Positions 32,304 through 47,082 of a stretch of 64,000 bases of DNA are shown piece after piece. The notes under the pieces were generated by a model that did no database searches, was not told the origin of the DNA, and saw nothing but the letters and a program-made list of their open reading frames with translations. Each line of letters starts with the position of its first letter. The stretch's first letter is position 1. The stretch spans positions 81,964,001 through 82,028,000 of the forward strand of contig OX597824.1 in the NCBI GenBank assembly GCA_951406725.2, read 5' to 3'. This DNA is from Octopus vulgaris. Taxonomy: Eukaryota. The position numbers and the translations under genes were made by a program.

Positions 32304-33851
32304 TTCTATATATGTATATGTATTTGTATGTATATATATATATATATATGTATTTGTATATATATATGCATGTATATGTGTATGTATATATATATATATA
32401 TATATATGAATATGCATGTATATATATATGTATGTATACGTATAACATTGCATATATACACGTACATATATGTGTGATATGTGTGCATATATACGCATGT
32501 TCTCATGCACCTCGTATATATTCTATACATGCTAAGCGTTGCTTCGACTCACATTTAGATAAATTATTCATCGCCACCTGTTCAGGCATTGTGCATTCCC
32601 AGTATTTAAATACCATCGTTTAATTGAATTAAAATTAAATCGCTAGTCCCCCCCCCCGCCTGCGTTTCTCTAGCTGGACATATAGTTTATGTCCTCAATT
32701 TATGAGGACATAAAATACAGCACTCTGAATGTATTTCATACTACTTACCTATAATTCTTAATTTTATATAAAGCGTGCGCTTCGTTGCTGATATGTATAA
32801 ATACCGACATACGTGTGTGTGTGTGTGTGTGTGTGTGTGTCTGTAGTGTGTGTATGTGTGCATGTGAGTCTGTTTGTGTGTGTGCGAATGCGTGAGAGTA
32901 TGTACAAAAGTATATATACATACATTACACCACCTGTCTTCGTCTTTTGTTTTTTGTGAATTCTCCCCCTATAAATATATATACATATATATGTATATAT
33001 ATATAAATGTGTATGTATATATATATATATATATAAAACATACATATAAGAGGGATGACCTCTACGTGGACATCCATTATGCTAGAAGTAGATTCACTAT
33101 GGTCTTACCACTAAGAAAAGAATATTCTCAAGAAAATTTTGCAAACGCCAGAACGTAAGCATAGACATATATATATGTAAGCATGCATTTATATATATAA
33201 ATGCTTCCGTTTATGCATACATATAACAATATAAATTATATGCATGCGTCTGCTTGTATTGTATGTGCGCGCGTGCGTGTGGTTTGTTCATAAAGCCGAA
33301 AGAGATACATAACGGTAACGATAACGAACCAGAGGATTATATAACCCGAAAGAACGAGGTAAGGTGAGTTATACATTGTATTTATTTCAAGTTAAAATTA
33401 CGCACACTACAACTATTAGTTTCACATTTTTTTTACAGATTTCCTAATATTCTATACAATAAATGATGCAATTTTCTGTTCCTATTCAGGTTAGTCTACG
33501 AAATCGTTGAATAACTACGTTTACAATATAATGCAGTTTTATTCAATCGGAAATTCATTGCACAATGCTCTCTATAGGGTGTTCGTTTTGCCTTTTGATG
33601 TACGACATTAACTGTGTTAGCTTAATATGAATCTAGATTTTTTGGTTATTATTTGTGATTTCATTTTCATTATTATTTATGTGTTTCTTTCTTGCTTATT
33701 ATATTTCTTTATTGTATTTATTTATTTATCGTCTGTTTTATTGAGAGTGTGGAAGTTTGCATGACGTAACTAATGTGATTTTAGTTACAAAATTCTGAAT
33801 TTTTTTTTCAGTAAGCAGATTTTTACTAATTTTATAAGAGAACCATGTTCA

Positions 33852-34759
33852 GAATTTCTAAACGTCTCAAAGAGACATGAGCAGTGGTGGAGCGATAGGG
33901 TGAAGACATGCATGTCTTCAGGTGTGAATCCTAGCTGGTGGGGGTGCTTCCCAACCCTTCGCAAATATAAGGACACAGGAAATGTGTCAAAGCCGACAAG
34001 AAGCGTCGATGCTTCCTAGGGTTAAACAGCGGTGGTGTAATTCCCTTACGTTATGTTGTCATTATGGGTGTCATTATTTACACATTTACGCAGCATTGGT
34101 TAAATTGTGTACTATTTGAAGGCAGCTATGAAGCTATCGTATACATACATTCATACATACATATATACATATATGCATACATGCATACATTCATATGTTC
34201 AGTCCCACTGCGTGGCACCTTCGGCAAGTGCCTTCTACTATAGCCTTGGGCCGACAAAAGCCCTGTGTGTCTGTGTTTGTCCCCCCCACCAATATCGCTT
34301 GACAACCGATACTGGTGTGTTTACGTCCTTGTAATATTAGCGGTTCGGTAAATGAGACCAATAGAATAAGTACTAGACTTACAAAGAATAAGTCCTGGGG
34401 TCGATTTGCTCGACTAAAGGAGTCGATTTGCTCCAACATGACCACAGTGAAATGACTGATACTAGTAAAAGAGTATATGTGGGCATATGTATATACGTTT
34501 ATGCATCCATCGCTCTCTATATATACTCTACATGCTCTCTTTTACTTGTTTCAGTCATTTGACTGTGGCCATGCTGGAGCGCTTCCTTTAGTCGAGCAAA
34601 TCGACCCACAGGACTTATTCTTTGTAAGCCTAGTACTTATTCTATCGGCCTCTTTAGCCGAATAGCTAAGTTACGAGGACGTAAACACACCAGCATCGGT
34701 TGTCAAGCGATGTTAGGGGGGGAAAACACTGACACACAAACATACACATACACACATAC

Positions 34760-34840
<81 letters not shown>

Positions 34841-35236
34841 TATATATGACGGGCTTCTTTCAGTTTCCGTCTACCAAATCCACTCACAAGGCTTTGGTCG
34901 GCCCGAGGCTGTAGTAGAAGGCAATTGCCCAAAGGGCCACGTAGTGGGACTGAACCCAGAACCATGTGGGTCGTAAGCAAGCTACTTACCACATAGTCAC
35001 TCCTACGCCTATATATATGTATATAGTTAGAAATATTGAATTTCTAAACGTCTCAAAGAGACATGAGCAGTGGTGGAGCAATAGAGTGAAGACAGGCATG
35101 TCTTCAGGTGTGAATCCTAGCTGGTGGGGGTGCTTGCCACCCCTTCGCAAATATAAGGACACAAGAAATGTGCCAAAGCCGACAAGACGCGTCCATGCTT
35201 CCTAGGGTTAAACAGCGGTGATGTAATTCCCTTACG
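33852..35236 (+). repeat. ~200-bp direct repeat (33852-34049 and 35038-35236) bracketing two SINE A copies
   Basis: GAATTTCTAAACGTCTCAAAGAGACATGAGCAG...GTAATTCCCTTACG occurs twice. Confidence 0.9.
34195..35010. mobile_element. Two convergent SINE A copies (+ 34195-34455; - 34540-35010)
   Basis: Family A body and tail occur in opposite orientations ~85 bp apart. Confidence 0.85.
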
Positions 35237-35382
35237 GGACTGTCACGTTACGTTGACAGTATACAACCACTCTATATGTATATATATATACAATAATAAT
35301 AAGGGAAATATTAATTAATTAGTAGTTAATAATTTTACCAAGCAGTGTTCAATTATATAAAGTAATGTTTTATATATATACA

Positions 35383-35429
<47 letters not shown>

Positions 35430-35430
35430 C

Positions 35431-35533
<103 letters not shown>

Positions 35534-35652
35534 GTGTGTAGAGAATGCTCCAAATATCTTAAACTTTATACAAGTAAAAGGAATCGAAGAACTATCCTGG
35601 TTGGAATTTTGTTATTGCATAAGTATATTCTGAGTAATATTTTAAATATTTT

Positions 35653-35823
35653 AGGCGTGGCAGTGTAGCAAGAAGCTTGCTTCAAGTCCACATGATCTGA
35701 GGTTCAATCCCACTGCGTGGAAGCTTGATCTAGTGTCTTCTACTCTACCCACCAGCCGACCAAAGTCTTGTGATTGAATTTGATAAACGTGGTAGACGGA
35801 AACTGAGAGTAGCCTGTTGTATG

Positions 35824-35861
<38 letters not shown>

Positions 35862-36115
35862 CATACGGAGTAGCTTTGTGGTAAGTAGCTTGCTTACCAA
35901 CCACATGGTTCCGGGTTCAGTACTACTGCGTGGCACCTTGGGCACGTGTCTTCTACTATAGCCTCAAGCCGTCCAAAGCCGTGTGAGTGGATTTGGTAGA
36001 AGGAAACTGAAAAGAAGCCCGTTGTATATATGTATATATGTATGTATGTGTGTGTATATGTTTGTGCTTCTGCGTTTGCCCCCCTCCCATCCCCCCTCAA
36101 CATCGCTTGACAACC
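35653..36115 (+). mobile_element. Two tandem SINE A 5' portions (35653-35820, 35866-36115)
   Basis: tRNA-like heads and GGAAACTGA(A/G)AG bodies. Confidence 0.75.
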
Positions 36116-36236
36116 GTCCCCACATACGCCACAGAAACCGGGAAACCGGACCCATGAGCCTGGCTAGGCTTGAAAAGGGCGCATAAATAAATGAATAAGG
36201 ACCTGTTTAATGCTAGGACCATATACATTTTGACTG

Positions 36237-36575
36237 TGAAGGCGCGTGGCTCAGTGGTTAGAGCGTCGAGCTTACGATCGTGAGGTTGTGAGCTCGAATC
36301 CCGGACCGGGCTGCGTGTTGTGTTCTTGAGCAAGACACTTTATTTCACGTTGCTCCAGTTCACTCAGCTGGCAAAAATGAGTTGCAACGTCACAGGTGCC
36401 AAGCTGTATCGGCCCTTGCCTTTCCCTTGGACAACATTGGTGACGTGGAGAGGGGAGGCCGGTATGCATGGGCGACTGCTGGTCTTCCATAAAACAACCT
36501 TGCCCAGACTTGTGCCTCAGAAGGTAACTCTCTAGGTGCAAACCCATGGTCAGTGTCTGACCAAAGGGGGTCACA
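36237..36575 (+). mobile_element. tRNA-derived SINE, family C variant with a different tail
   Basis: GGCGCGTGGCTCAGTGGTTAGAGCG...GCTCGAATCCC head, then TTGTGTTCTTGAGCAAGACACTTTATTTCACGTTGCTCCAG CORE-like segment. Confidence 0.85.
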
Positions 36576-37115
36576 ATACATTTTGACTAAAATGTAGCAC
36601 ATTCTTATCAGAATAAAGGAATGTTTGTAGCTAGTCAATCGATTTTTTAATTGTGGAGTCATTTGCTCCAATAAATATTTCCTGTTTAACGCGGTTGGTT
36701 GTTTCTATTCAATGCCGTATATTAGCGACATTGCCAAACAGTTGTCATTTAGCGAATTGTTAAGTTGCATCGTCGTTGCCAGTTGAGTGGAGTGGACCAA
36801 AGTGAAATAATGTGATTTGCAAATGAGAAAAAAATGCACCGCCCGGTCCAGTAATCGAAACTGAAGGCTTACGATAACGAATACAACAGCCCTCAGTCAC
36901 TAAGCGACGTGATTCTACGATTCGATATACCAGACTTTTGAAAGAAAAAAATTACCTCCAATGCTGTACCCCAATGTGGCCGCCGTCCAATAAATGAATA
37001 TATTAATACTTATATGCATGCACACACACACATACACACAGGCACACACACACACACACACAGACGCATGTTTTTTCATATATATAATTATAATATCTAT
37101 ATTTGTGTATGTATA

Positions 37116-37146
<31 letters not shown>

Positions 37147-37147
37147 T

Positions 37148-37181
<34 letters not shown>

Positions 37182-37219
37182 TACATATATATATAGACAT
37201 ATATATGTATGTATGTATG

Positions 37220-37268
<49 letters not shown>

Positions 37269-37397
37269 TAGTTACCTACTATTCTTTGTAGACAGTCAAT
37301 CGCGTATCGGAATGCTTAATAAGCACCCATATATAAAATGGAATGTTTACGGAGATACACACACACACACACACACACACATACACACACACACACA

Positions 37398-37437
<40 letters not shown>

Positions 37438-37594
37438 CACACAAACGCACACACACACACATACACTTTCGCATAGTAACACATGATATGCTGAATTGTC
37501 TATATTTATGATGTTTTATGGAGGCATCTATGCATATTCAAATGTGCGTGTGCGCATACGAGCGTGTGTATGTGTGTGTGTGTGAATGTGTGTC

Positions 37595-37659
<65 letters not shown>

Positions 37660-37844
37660 ATTCTACCTTGTGTATTTGTGTCTGCTTGTTTCTACGCTGA
37701 TATATAGAATACTCACATTTACGTAAATATTAATCATGGTGTTTTCTTTCATATCCATGGACACGTGTCTACCTACCTACCTACATATATATACATATAT
37801 ACATATGTGTGTGTGTATGTATGTGTGTATGTATGTATATCTAT

Positions 37845-37887
<43 letters not shown>

Positions 37888-38043
37888 CATGTTTGTATGT
37901 AATAATACGTGTGTATGTGTTTGATACACATACATGTCCCTATTGCTATCCATATATACATACACAAAAACTCACACATACATATATATAATATATATAC
38001 TACAAATAAATACGTGTATATATATACATATACATATATATAC

Positions 38044-38123
<80 letters not shown>

Positions 38124-38881
38124 TATCTATATATATATATGTATACACATTTACAGTTGCATATCTATTTCATATATATACCTCTCTCTCTATATATATG
38201 TATATATATATATATATCTATATATATATATGTATGTATATGTATATATATATATACAAAAACAATCGACATATATATATATGTATATATGCTTGCATGT
38301 ATGTATGTATGTATGTATGTATGCATGTATGTATGTATGTATGTATGTATGTATGTATGTATGTATGTATGTATGTATGTATGAGTGTATGCATGTATGT
38401 ATATATGTATATATGTATGTATGAATGTATGTATACGATAGCTTCATAGCTGAATTCAAATAGTACACAATTTAACCAATGCTGCGTATATGTGTAAATA
38501 ATGACACCGATACTTGTAAACATTGTCTGTCGCATTTTTTTACGTCTATATTTGCCGCCAGAAACAAAAATGTGGAAGATTTGACACAGGTTTCGCTTCT
38601 ATTTCCATCATCTTGTAAGGGTATGCACATATTTTTCTACAGATAATTGTATATGTAATCGTAACTCGAGTAAGGTCATTCACTCCTGTTCGCCTAGAAA
38701 TATTTATTTATCATATATTTCATCTGTTTAGTGCACAATATATACACATATGTATACATATGCATACGCATATGTGTGACTGTAAGGATATATATATATA
38801 TATATATATAGAATTATTTATACATAATTATACACACACACACAAGTATATACATTATATGTATATATATATATATACATG

Positions 38882-38959
<78 letters not shown>

Positions 38960-39597
38960 TATTTACACATAATTGCACACATATATATATATTTGTGTGT
39001 GTGTGCCATACTTAACTTATGTGCATCGTTGAAAAGCCAGACATTTCAGATTTTCTTCTGAGAAAAATTTCTTTATAGACATAGTGTGTTGAAAAGCTCA
39101 ATATATTTCAGAGTGAGGTGAAACAAAAATCTCCCTAAAAGCGTCTGCGATATTAGCAAATGCGTACTTCACCGTTTTTGCAGCATGTCACTGTCGGAAA
39201 CTCGTATCTCTTCTGAAACGAGATCGAATCGGTTAGTCTGAAGAATATAGAGAAAAATAAAAAAAAAATAGACAGGTTTTCAACGTGGGTTACATAAACA
39301 AATAATTCGAATTGCGCATCAGACACAGCCCTAGGAGCACTAATTCATCTATACACCATATTTAATCTATATGTATCGTTCGAAACCCGGAAACTGCAGA
39401 TTTTTCAGAACAAATCTATAACCTATTTTCTAAACTTTTCGGAGCTCATTTATCGCCACATTACGCTGGTATTAAAATATGGTATTAAATACATGCAGAG
39501 AGATTAATCGCAGCTTTTAGGACAAAATGTTTAAATAATTTTCTATGCTTCAGTTTTACACTTTTCTTCAATAAAGTGTGTATATGTATAATTGCGT

Positions 39598-39644
<47 letters not shown>

Positions 39645-39650
<6 letters not shown>

Positions 39651-39892
39651 GAGATGTACTTGCATAGCAAGTGAGCTGAGATCATGTGCTTGAAAGGACA
39701 CAATTGCAGCATGGAAGGTGTCTATAAGCCATTTAAGAAACAGAGATGCAGCAAGGAATTTTGTCAGTGAACAGGTCGCGGTCTCAAAGCGACGAAAATA
39801 TTTTGATAAATTAAATTTCTATGTTGAAGTGAATCTAACGGCTTTTGTGTGTTTCTTAAATGGCTTATAAACACCTTCCACGTTGCAATTGT
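39645..39892 (+). mobile_element. TA-flanked short element with 43-bp inverted repeats enclosing a hammerhead-like motif
   Basis: ACAATTGCAGCATGGAAGGTGTCTATAAGCCATTTAAGAAACA (39700-39742) vs its reverse complement at 39850-39892, 3 mismatches. Confidence 0.75.
39760..39810 (+). ncRNA. Hammerhead-like motif with G3-C8 swapped core
   Basis: TTTGTCA GTGAACA G GTCGC GGTCTCAAA GCGAC GAAA ATAT TT TGATAAA. Confidence 0.55.
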
Positions 39893-39938
<46 letters not shown>

Positions 39939-39948
39939 ATTAAATATG

Positions 39949-39982
<34 letters not shown>

Positions 39983-40436
39983 TGTATGTATGTATGTATG
40001 CATGTATGTATGCATGTATGTATGTACGTCTATTACAGCATAAAGTTGACGGTGTAAAGTCTATTTCTCAGCATACTGGCATAGAAATGTTTTTTGCCCT
40101 TATTTATAATTGTTTATGTATGTATATATGTATGTGTGTATGTGTGAATGTATTTGTGTATGTATGTACAAAATTCATTTATATATATATATATATATAT
40201 CATACACACACACACATATATATGCACATATCTATGTAGATGTATGTATGAATGTATGTATGTATGTATGTACGTACGTATGAATGTGTGTTTGTAGGTG
40301 TTAGATATTTGTTCTGAATGGGTGTCATTAGGACCGGCAAAATCCGTGGCATAGTACCACGAGGTACCCGTTAAACATTATCAGTATGTTAGCATATATA
40401 GATATACAGCATATATGAAGATATATGTATATATGG

Positions 40437-40685
40437 TGGAGGCGCGTGGCTCAGTGGTTAGGGTGTCAGCACCATGATCGTAAGGTTGTGCTTTCCATTC
40501 CTGGACCGGGCGACGCGTTGTGTTCTTGAGCAAAACATTTCATTTCACGTTGCTCCAGTCCACTCAGCTGGCAAAAATGAGTAACGCTGCGATGGACTGG
40601 CGTCCTGTCCAGCTGGAGAACACATACGCCACTGAAACCGGGAAACCGGGTCCATGAGGTGCTAGGCTTTAAAAGGGCGCATTTA
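40437..40685 (+). mobile_element. SINE family C, full length
   Basis: tRNA-like head, CORE-like middle and GAAACCGGGAAACCGG tail. Confidence 0.85.
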
Positions 40686-40687
40686 TT

Positions 40688-40743
<56 letters not shown>

Positions 40744-40799
40744 TACACGTGCATTTGGTTGCGTGTATCTATGTATGCTTGTGTGTGTTATCCAGTAAC

Positions 40800-41032
40800 C
40801 TATTTCTTTATTACCCACAAGGGGCTAAACATAGAGGAGACAAACATGGACAGACATAGGTATTAAGTCGATTATATCGACCCCAGTGCTTAACTGGTAC
40901 TTAATTTATCGACCCCGAAAGGATGAAAGGCAAAGTCGACCTCGGCGGAATTTGAACTCACAACGTAACGGCAGCCGAAATACCGCTAAGCATTTCGCCC
41001 GGCGTGCTAACGATTCTGCTAGCTCGCCGCCT
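40800..41032 (-). mobile_element. SINE family B, full length
   Basis: CCTATTTCTTTATTACCCACAAGGGG...GCTAGCTCGCCGCC. Confidence 0.88.
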
Positions 41033-41264
41033 TAGACGTTGTAGCAGTGTAGTCGTTATTTGTACGATATATTTTGTACGGTTCGTAATGCTTGTACTCC
41101 TATCTACCGTTTTGGGATCTCTCCGTACACTAGTGCAGTACGAAATATAGATCGACGGTGGAGAAATGGCGACTTAGAAACGGGATTCCTGCCAAGACAG
41201 TTTTGATATTTAATAAAACGGCTCCACGATCAGCAGGGCATCTACAGCTGACTTTAATTTTCAG

Positions 41265-41357
41265 GGTGGAAAATTTGATTGCCATCTAACATGAAGTTCT
41301 ATACCATAGAACTTTTACTAGACCAAAGAAAGCACCCCTATTACTATTATTATTCTA

Positions 41358-41455
<98 letters not shown>

Positions 41456-41457
41456 CC

Positions 41458-41498
<41 letters not shown>

Positions 41499-41540
41499 AT
41501 TATTATTATTATTATTATTATTATCGTTATTATTATTATC

Positions 41541-41573
<33 letters not shown>

Positions 41574-41696
41574 TGTTGTTGTTATTGTTGGTGGTGGTGG
41601 AAAATTTGATTGCCATCTAACATGAAGCTATACCATAGAACTTTCACTAGACCAAAGAACGCTCCACTTTTACTATTATTATTATCATCATCATCA

Positions 41697-41730
<34 letters not shown>

Positions 41731-41750
41731 CATTATTACTATTACAATTA

Positions 41751-41795
<45 letters not shown>

Positions 41796-41808
41796 TTATT
41801 ATTATTAT

Positions 41809-41867
<59 letters not shown>

Positions 41868-41870
41868 TTT
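41265..41870 (+). repeat. Two ~70-bp units each followed by (TAT)n/(TAG)n
   Basis: GGTGGAAAATTTGATTGCCATCTAACATGAAG... occurs at ~41265 and ~41596. Confidence 0.88.
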
Positions 41871-41899
41871 CCGTAAGAAATTATTAATATTTTTATAAC

Positions 41900-41930
<31 letters not shown>

Positions 41931-42449
41931 TATTTTTATATATTATTATTGCTGTTGTTGTTGTTAAACTTATTAGTTTTCTTTGGCTCAATATATTGTT
42001 TTAAGTAACACAACTCTGATCCTACCCAAACACATCTCATAAAACGTCTCCTCCATCTAATCGTTTCCTTATGTATCTTGTAACGTATACGTGTTACCTA
42101 TATAATTTATTAAATGCTACCTTAAGTTCGTGTTTTTCTTCTCCTTAGCTGCTTCTATAATCACAACGTAATAAGTTATTGCAGTTATTATATTACATTA
42201 AGTGTCCTTCCACCGTCTTCTTCGACTTTTCGGCGCAGATGTAACAGTGAGGGATGAGAACTAATTTTTCTTTTTTATTACTATTTGCCGCTACGTAGTT
42301 TGGAGTTTAGTAAATGCTTGACAATTTCTTTCTTCGTTTTTTTTTTTTTTACATCTTTTACATTCTGCTAATTTCAGTCACTGGGCTACGCCCATGTTGG
42401 GGCACCATCTTGGAGGATTGATCCCTGTGCTTCGTGTTTGTTACGGCAT

Positions 42450-42532
42450 ATGGCGTAGTGTTTAAGAACCCCAAGATTACGAGTTCGATTCCAAGCAGTG
42501 ACCTGAACAATAACAATAACAATAACAACAAC

Positions 42533-42623
<91 letters not shown>

Positions 42624-43177
42624 GCCCTGATGCAGTACCAGGCAGAGGCTCTCATGGCTTCTGATCTTAACTGATTGGGAGTGTTATCATGTACATTGTT
42701 CTGTCTTGGTATAAAAGATGGGCTACAGCAAATATTCTGCTCAATACCACAGATTTGCTTGTCAGTTGTTTGACTTTAACCAGTTGAGCATGTCCCTTAG
42801 TGGCTGACGATATGTGCATCTCTGATCACGAACAGAAGTAGTGGGGGAGCATCATAGCCATGTGTTGAGAGGGATTCTTTGGGGTTTGAATAATTCACCT
42901 CTGGAGACATGGGTGGGTTTTTCAACATCCTTAAACAACCCTTATTCAGGGACCGTTTGAGCGGGATGGGCTACTCAACCTGAAGAAAATTCTAACTGGG
43001 CCCCACCTGCAAGGTCATGTGCAGTTTATCTTGATATGAGATCACCATGCCGCGCACATATGGTTGTGATGCATGTGCCTGGTATGCCCTTATCAGACGG
43101 GTAGTCATGATGGGTATATTGGGCTTCGTATATTTTACCCCAGTGTCACTTTGATGGCATGAACTGCTCTCTCACTC

Positions 43178-43212
<35 letters not shown>

Positions 43213-43251
43213 CAACAACAACAACGACAACGACAACGACGACGACGACAA

Positions 43252-43286
<35 letters not shown>

Positions 43287-43327
43287 ACAACAACAACAAG
43301 AAAAATAACAATAACAATAACAATAAC

Positions 43328-43382
<55 letters not shown>

Positions 43383-43565
43383 GCCTTGATGCAGTACCAG
43401 ACAGTGGATCTCATGGCTTCTGACCTTAACTGATTGGAAGTGTTATCATGTACATTGTTTTGTCTTGGTATAAAAGATGGGCTACAGCAAATATTCTGCT
43501 CAATACCACAGATTTGCTTGTCAGTTGTTTGACCTTAACCAGTTGAGCATGTCCCCTTGTGGCTG
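42450..43565 (+). mobile_element. Composite interspersed repeat: tRNA-like head, (AAT)n, ~560-bp body, then a partial second body
   Basis: TGGCGTAGTG...GAGTTCGATTCC head at 42450-42505; AAATGCC(C/T)TGATGCAGTACCAG... body starts at 42620 and again at 43379. Confidence 0.65.
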
Positions 43566-44492
43566 TTAGATTTACTGGTTCGGGACCCTCTCGTTGACGA
43601 GTCACAAAGATGTCGAAACACTGGCTGTCTCAGAGTTTCTTGCGCTTATGAATCGAGAGTATTATAAGCCCATATTTGTCGTAAAGAAGAAAGTGTTCTC
43701 TAGTACGATTAGAATATTCCTGTTCGAATCTACAGAAAAGTATTGCGAATAATCATGTGAGTTACCGTAACGTAATCATATAATCATTTTTCAACTTCCC
43801 TTCTGTAGAATACAAGAAATACATGATAGTAAATGAGAAGCGTTATAGCTAAAGCATTCATACCAACGGATCTGTTCTTCGTATTTGTTACTATTATCAC
43901 AATTTGAAAACTGTTTATTTTTCTTTTATATGATGCAGTCTCTAATTAAAAAAGAAATATATATATATATGTGTGTTACACTATTCTGTTAAAACGTTAA
44001 TCAGAAGAAATATAGCTGTATTCAGAGTTTTTCTAGGAATTCATTAGCTAAATCATAGATTAAAAATCGCGTCTGGAAAATTCCCCGCAAACATTTTTGT
44101 CGTGCGAAACTTTGCCGTAAGAAATTTCTCCGTAAAGGGAGAACACAAGCAGATCGTAAATTAGGTAATTCATTTTAAAGAAAATAATTTTTTTTAATTC
44201 ATGGGTCAATTGAAGTTGCCATTTTAAGTAAAAAAGCTAATTTTTTTTTCATTTTTTTTTTTACGTATAACCGTTAAAAATGATTACGTTAAATTATTAA
44301 TTCTCACTTTCGTAGAAAACTGTTTGATGGCTAAACACAGGATACTAGAAAGATGAGGAGCATCATAGCCTTTTCTTGCTAAGTGTTACTGGACGAAATT
44401 CTTGCGTTGTAACTCTCACCACCGATCTTCCAGAATACATACATACAATCCATCACCCATACGTGCATATAAGCATTCATAAATACCTCCGA

Positions 44493-44886
44493 GGGGCTGT
44501 GTGGTAAGAAGCTTGTTTCCCAACCACATTATTCGAGGTTCAGTCCCACAGCGTAGCAAATTGGGCAAATGTCTTCTACTATAGTCACGGGCTGACCAAA
44601 GCCTCATGAGTGGATTAAGTAGAAGGAAACTGAAAGCCCGCCGTATATAAATATATATGTATATATGTTTTGTATGTGTGTATGTCTGTGTTTGTCCCCC
44701 TACCATCGTTTGACAATCGGTTTTGGTGTGTTTACGTCCCCGTAACTTAGCGGTTCGGCAAAAGCGTCCGATAGAATATGTACTAGGTTTACAAAGAATA
44801 AGTCTTGGGGTCGATTTCTTCGTCCAAAGGCGGTGATCCAGCAAGGCCGCAGTCAGATGACTGAAACAAGTAAAAGAATAAAAGAA
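44493..44886 (+). mobile_element. SINE family A, full length, diverged
   Basis: GGCTGTGTGGTAAGAAGCTTG...GAAACAAGTAAAAGAATAAAAG. Confidence 0.85.
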
Positions 44887-44904
44887 TATATATACATATA
44901 CACA

Positions 44905-45098
44905 CACGGGGTGGGCTGGGTGCTGAAAAGTTCAATGTTAATCAAGATTTTATTCAACATATCACTCTCTTAGATTCACACACTTATTGCAGTGGTCCTT
45001 CAGTTTTCAACGTCTTGTAAAAGAACTCGGAAGGTTTGGCCTTCATCCAGGCTTTTCGTGACACCTTTAAATGCAAGAACTTTTCAGCACCCCCTCGT
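44905..45098. mobile_element. mariner-type MITE
   Basis: TIR cores GGGTGCTGAAAAGTTC (44918) and GAACTTTTCAGCACCC followed by CCTCGT (to 45098). Confidence 0.7.
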
Positions 45099-45219
45099 GT
45101 GTATGTATGTGTCATAATTAGCGAAAGCGAAACCGGTCTACAAATACAATACTCTTTCATTTATGAAATATATTTTAGAATAAATAAAAAGTATGTAAAC
45201 TGTGTGCATTTCCCTGATG

Positions 45220-45276
<57 letters not shown>

Positions 45277-45348
45277 AGGATATTGATATATATGTTGCAT
45301 AATAACTCACCACGTAGGGATAATCGAAATTGTCCTCCTCCCTTTTTG

Positions 45349-45393
<45 letters not shown>

Positions 45394-46289
45394 TTGTAAA
45401 AACGCATGGATCGATATGCACTAACTCGGGAAAGAAATTTGCCAAGGGGTTATAAACCCAGATCTAAAGTATTTTGCAAACAATGTTTTATTGTTTTTTT
45501 CTTTTCTTTTTTGTTCCTTGTTCTTTGAGAAGACACCTTTCTTCAAGCTACTTTTCACAGGTCACTTTTGACCCACTCTTTTCTAAACCTGGGAAAAAAT
45601 AAGGGAGCAAACAATTTCAGGACGATGTGTACAGTATAGACTTTAAGGTTTAATCATATTGTAAACCCAAGCTTTGTATCCAGCTTAACATGTATGTTGC
45701 AACATATTCCTTGCGTTGATTTGATGTGAATATTCTTATCATTCTCGGCTAACGCGAAACATGACGTATGCGGCGTAAATACAGCTATGATTAATTGATC
45801 GTAGGGTGTTGCCGCCTCATTATGCGCAGTCTCAAACACATCATCATCATCATCAGAACAAAGCATCATCAACCACGATCCGTTTCTAGTATTATACTTG
45901 AATGCCTTTAATATCCTTTGAATATGCTTAAGTTTTAACTTACAAATTAATTCGTGTATTAACTCATAACAAAGCGGACACTAATATAATAAATATAATG
46001 ATGGAGGATATTTTAATTAACGAAAATTATGCACTTGTTGTAAAGAAACATCAGAAACTAATCAATTAACGTGGCTCATGAAAGGAACGGAGATGGAAAG
46101 CTGAAATATAAATTAATTAAAATTACTCAAAAATGAATACACTCGGGAGGTAATATAATTGACATTTTAGCAGGAATTAATAATAACTTTGGACATTTCC
46201 AGCCCCGATAGACCTTGTCGATTTAACAAAGTCTAAGTGTTAATTATTATGACGTGTCCAGGTACCTCCTTCGTTTTTATCACAATTAC

Positions 46290-46301
46290 CATCACCATCA
46301 A

Positions 46302-46335
<34 letters not shown>

Positions 46336-46365
46336 GTCGTCGTCGTCGTCGTCATCATCATCATC

Positions 46366-46428
<63 letters not shown>

Positions 46429-46560
46429 GTCGTCGTCGTCATCATCATCATCATCATCATCATCGTCATCATCATCGTCATCATCATCATCATCATCATC
46501 ATCATCGTCATCATCATCATCATCATCGTCATCATCATCAGCATCATCATCATCACCGTC
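46290..46560. repeat. (CAT/CGT)n trinucleotide tract
   Basis: Directly visible; the poly-His/Met/Ile ORFs here are artefacts. Confidence 0.95.
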
Positions 46561-46869
46561 AGTCTATATTATTATCTGTCGGTATCTACCATGCCTACCA
46601 TGTCAAAGAGAAAAAGATTTATAGAAACGATAATCCCAAGCATGCCTTAGCATAGAAATTATTCCGAGAAATCCTTTTTTTTTTATTTCTAGAAATCGTT
46701 CACCCACTTCGTGTTATTCGTTGCCTTCGATTACTTCAATTTAATTTCTGTTTCCTATTTCCAATTCAATGTGAAGAAATTATTTAGCGATTGCGGCAGA
46801 CACTATATTACCATTTAGCTTACACGTATGTGTGTGTGTGTATATGTGAGTGTTGGATAGATAAATGGG

Positions 46870-46939
<70 letters not shown>

Positions 46940-47021
46940 CGTAAATGGATGGACGGATGCATGCATGGATGGATAGTCTGAAATATATATAAATATATAT
47001 ATGTATATATATATATATATG

Positions 47022-47076
<55 letters not shown>

Positions 47077-47082
<6 letters not shown>

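Noticed and set aside
36237-36310. tRNA gene
   Set aside because: The tRNA-like head continues into a SINE body shared with other copies; no intact acceptor stem.
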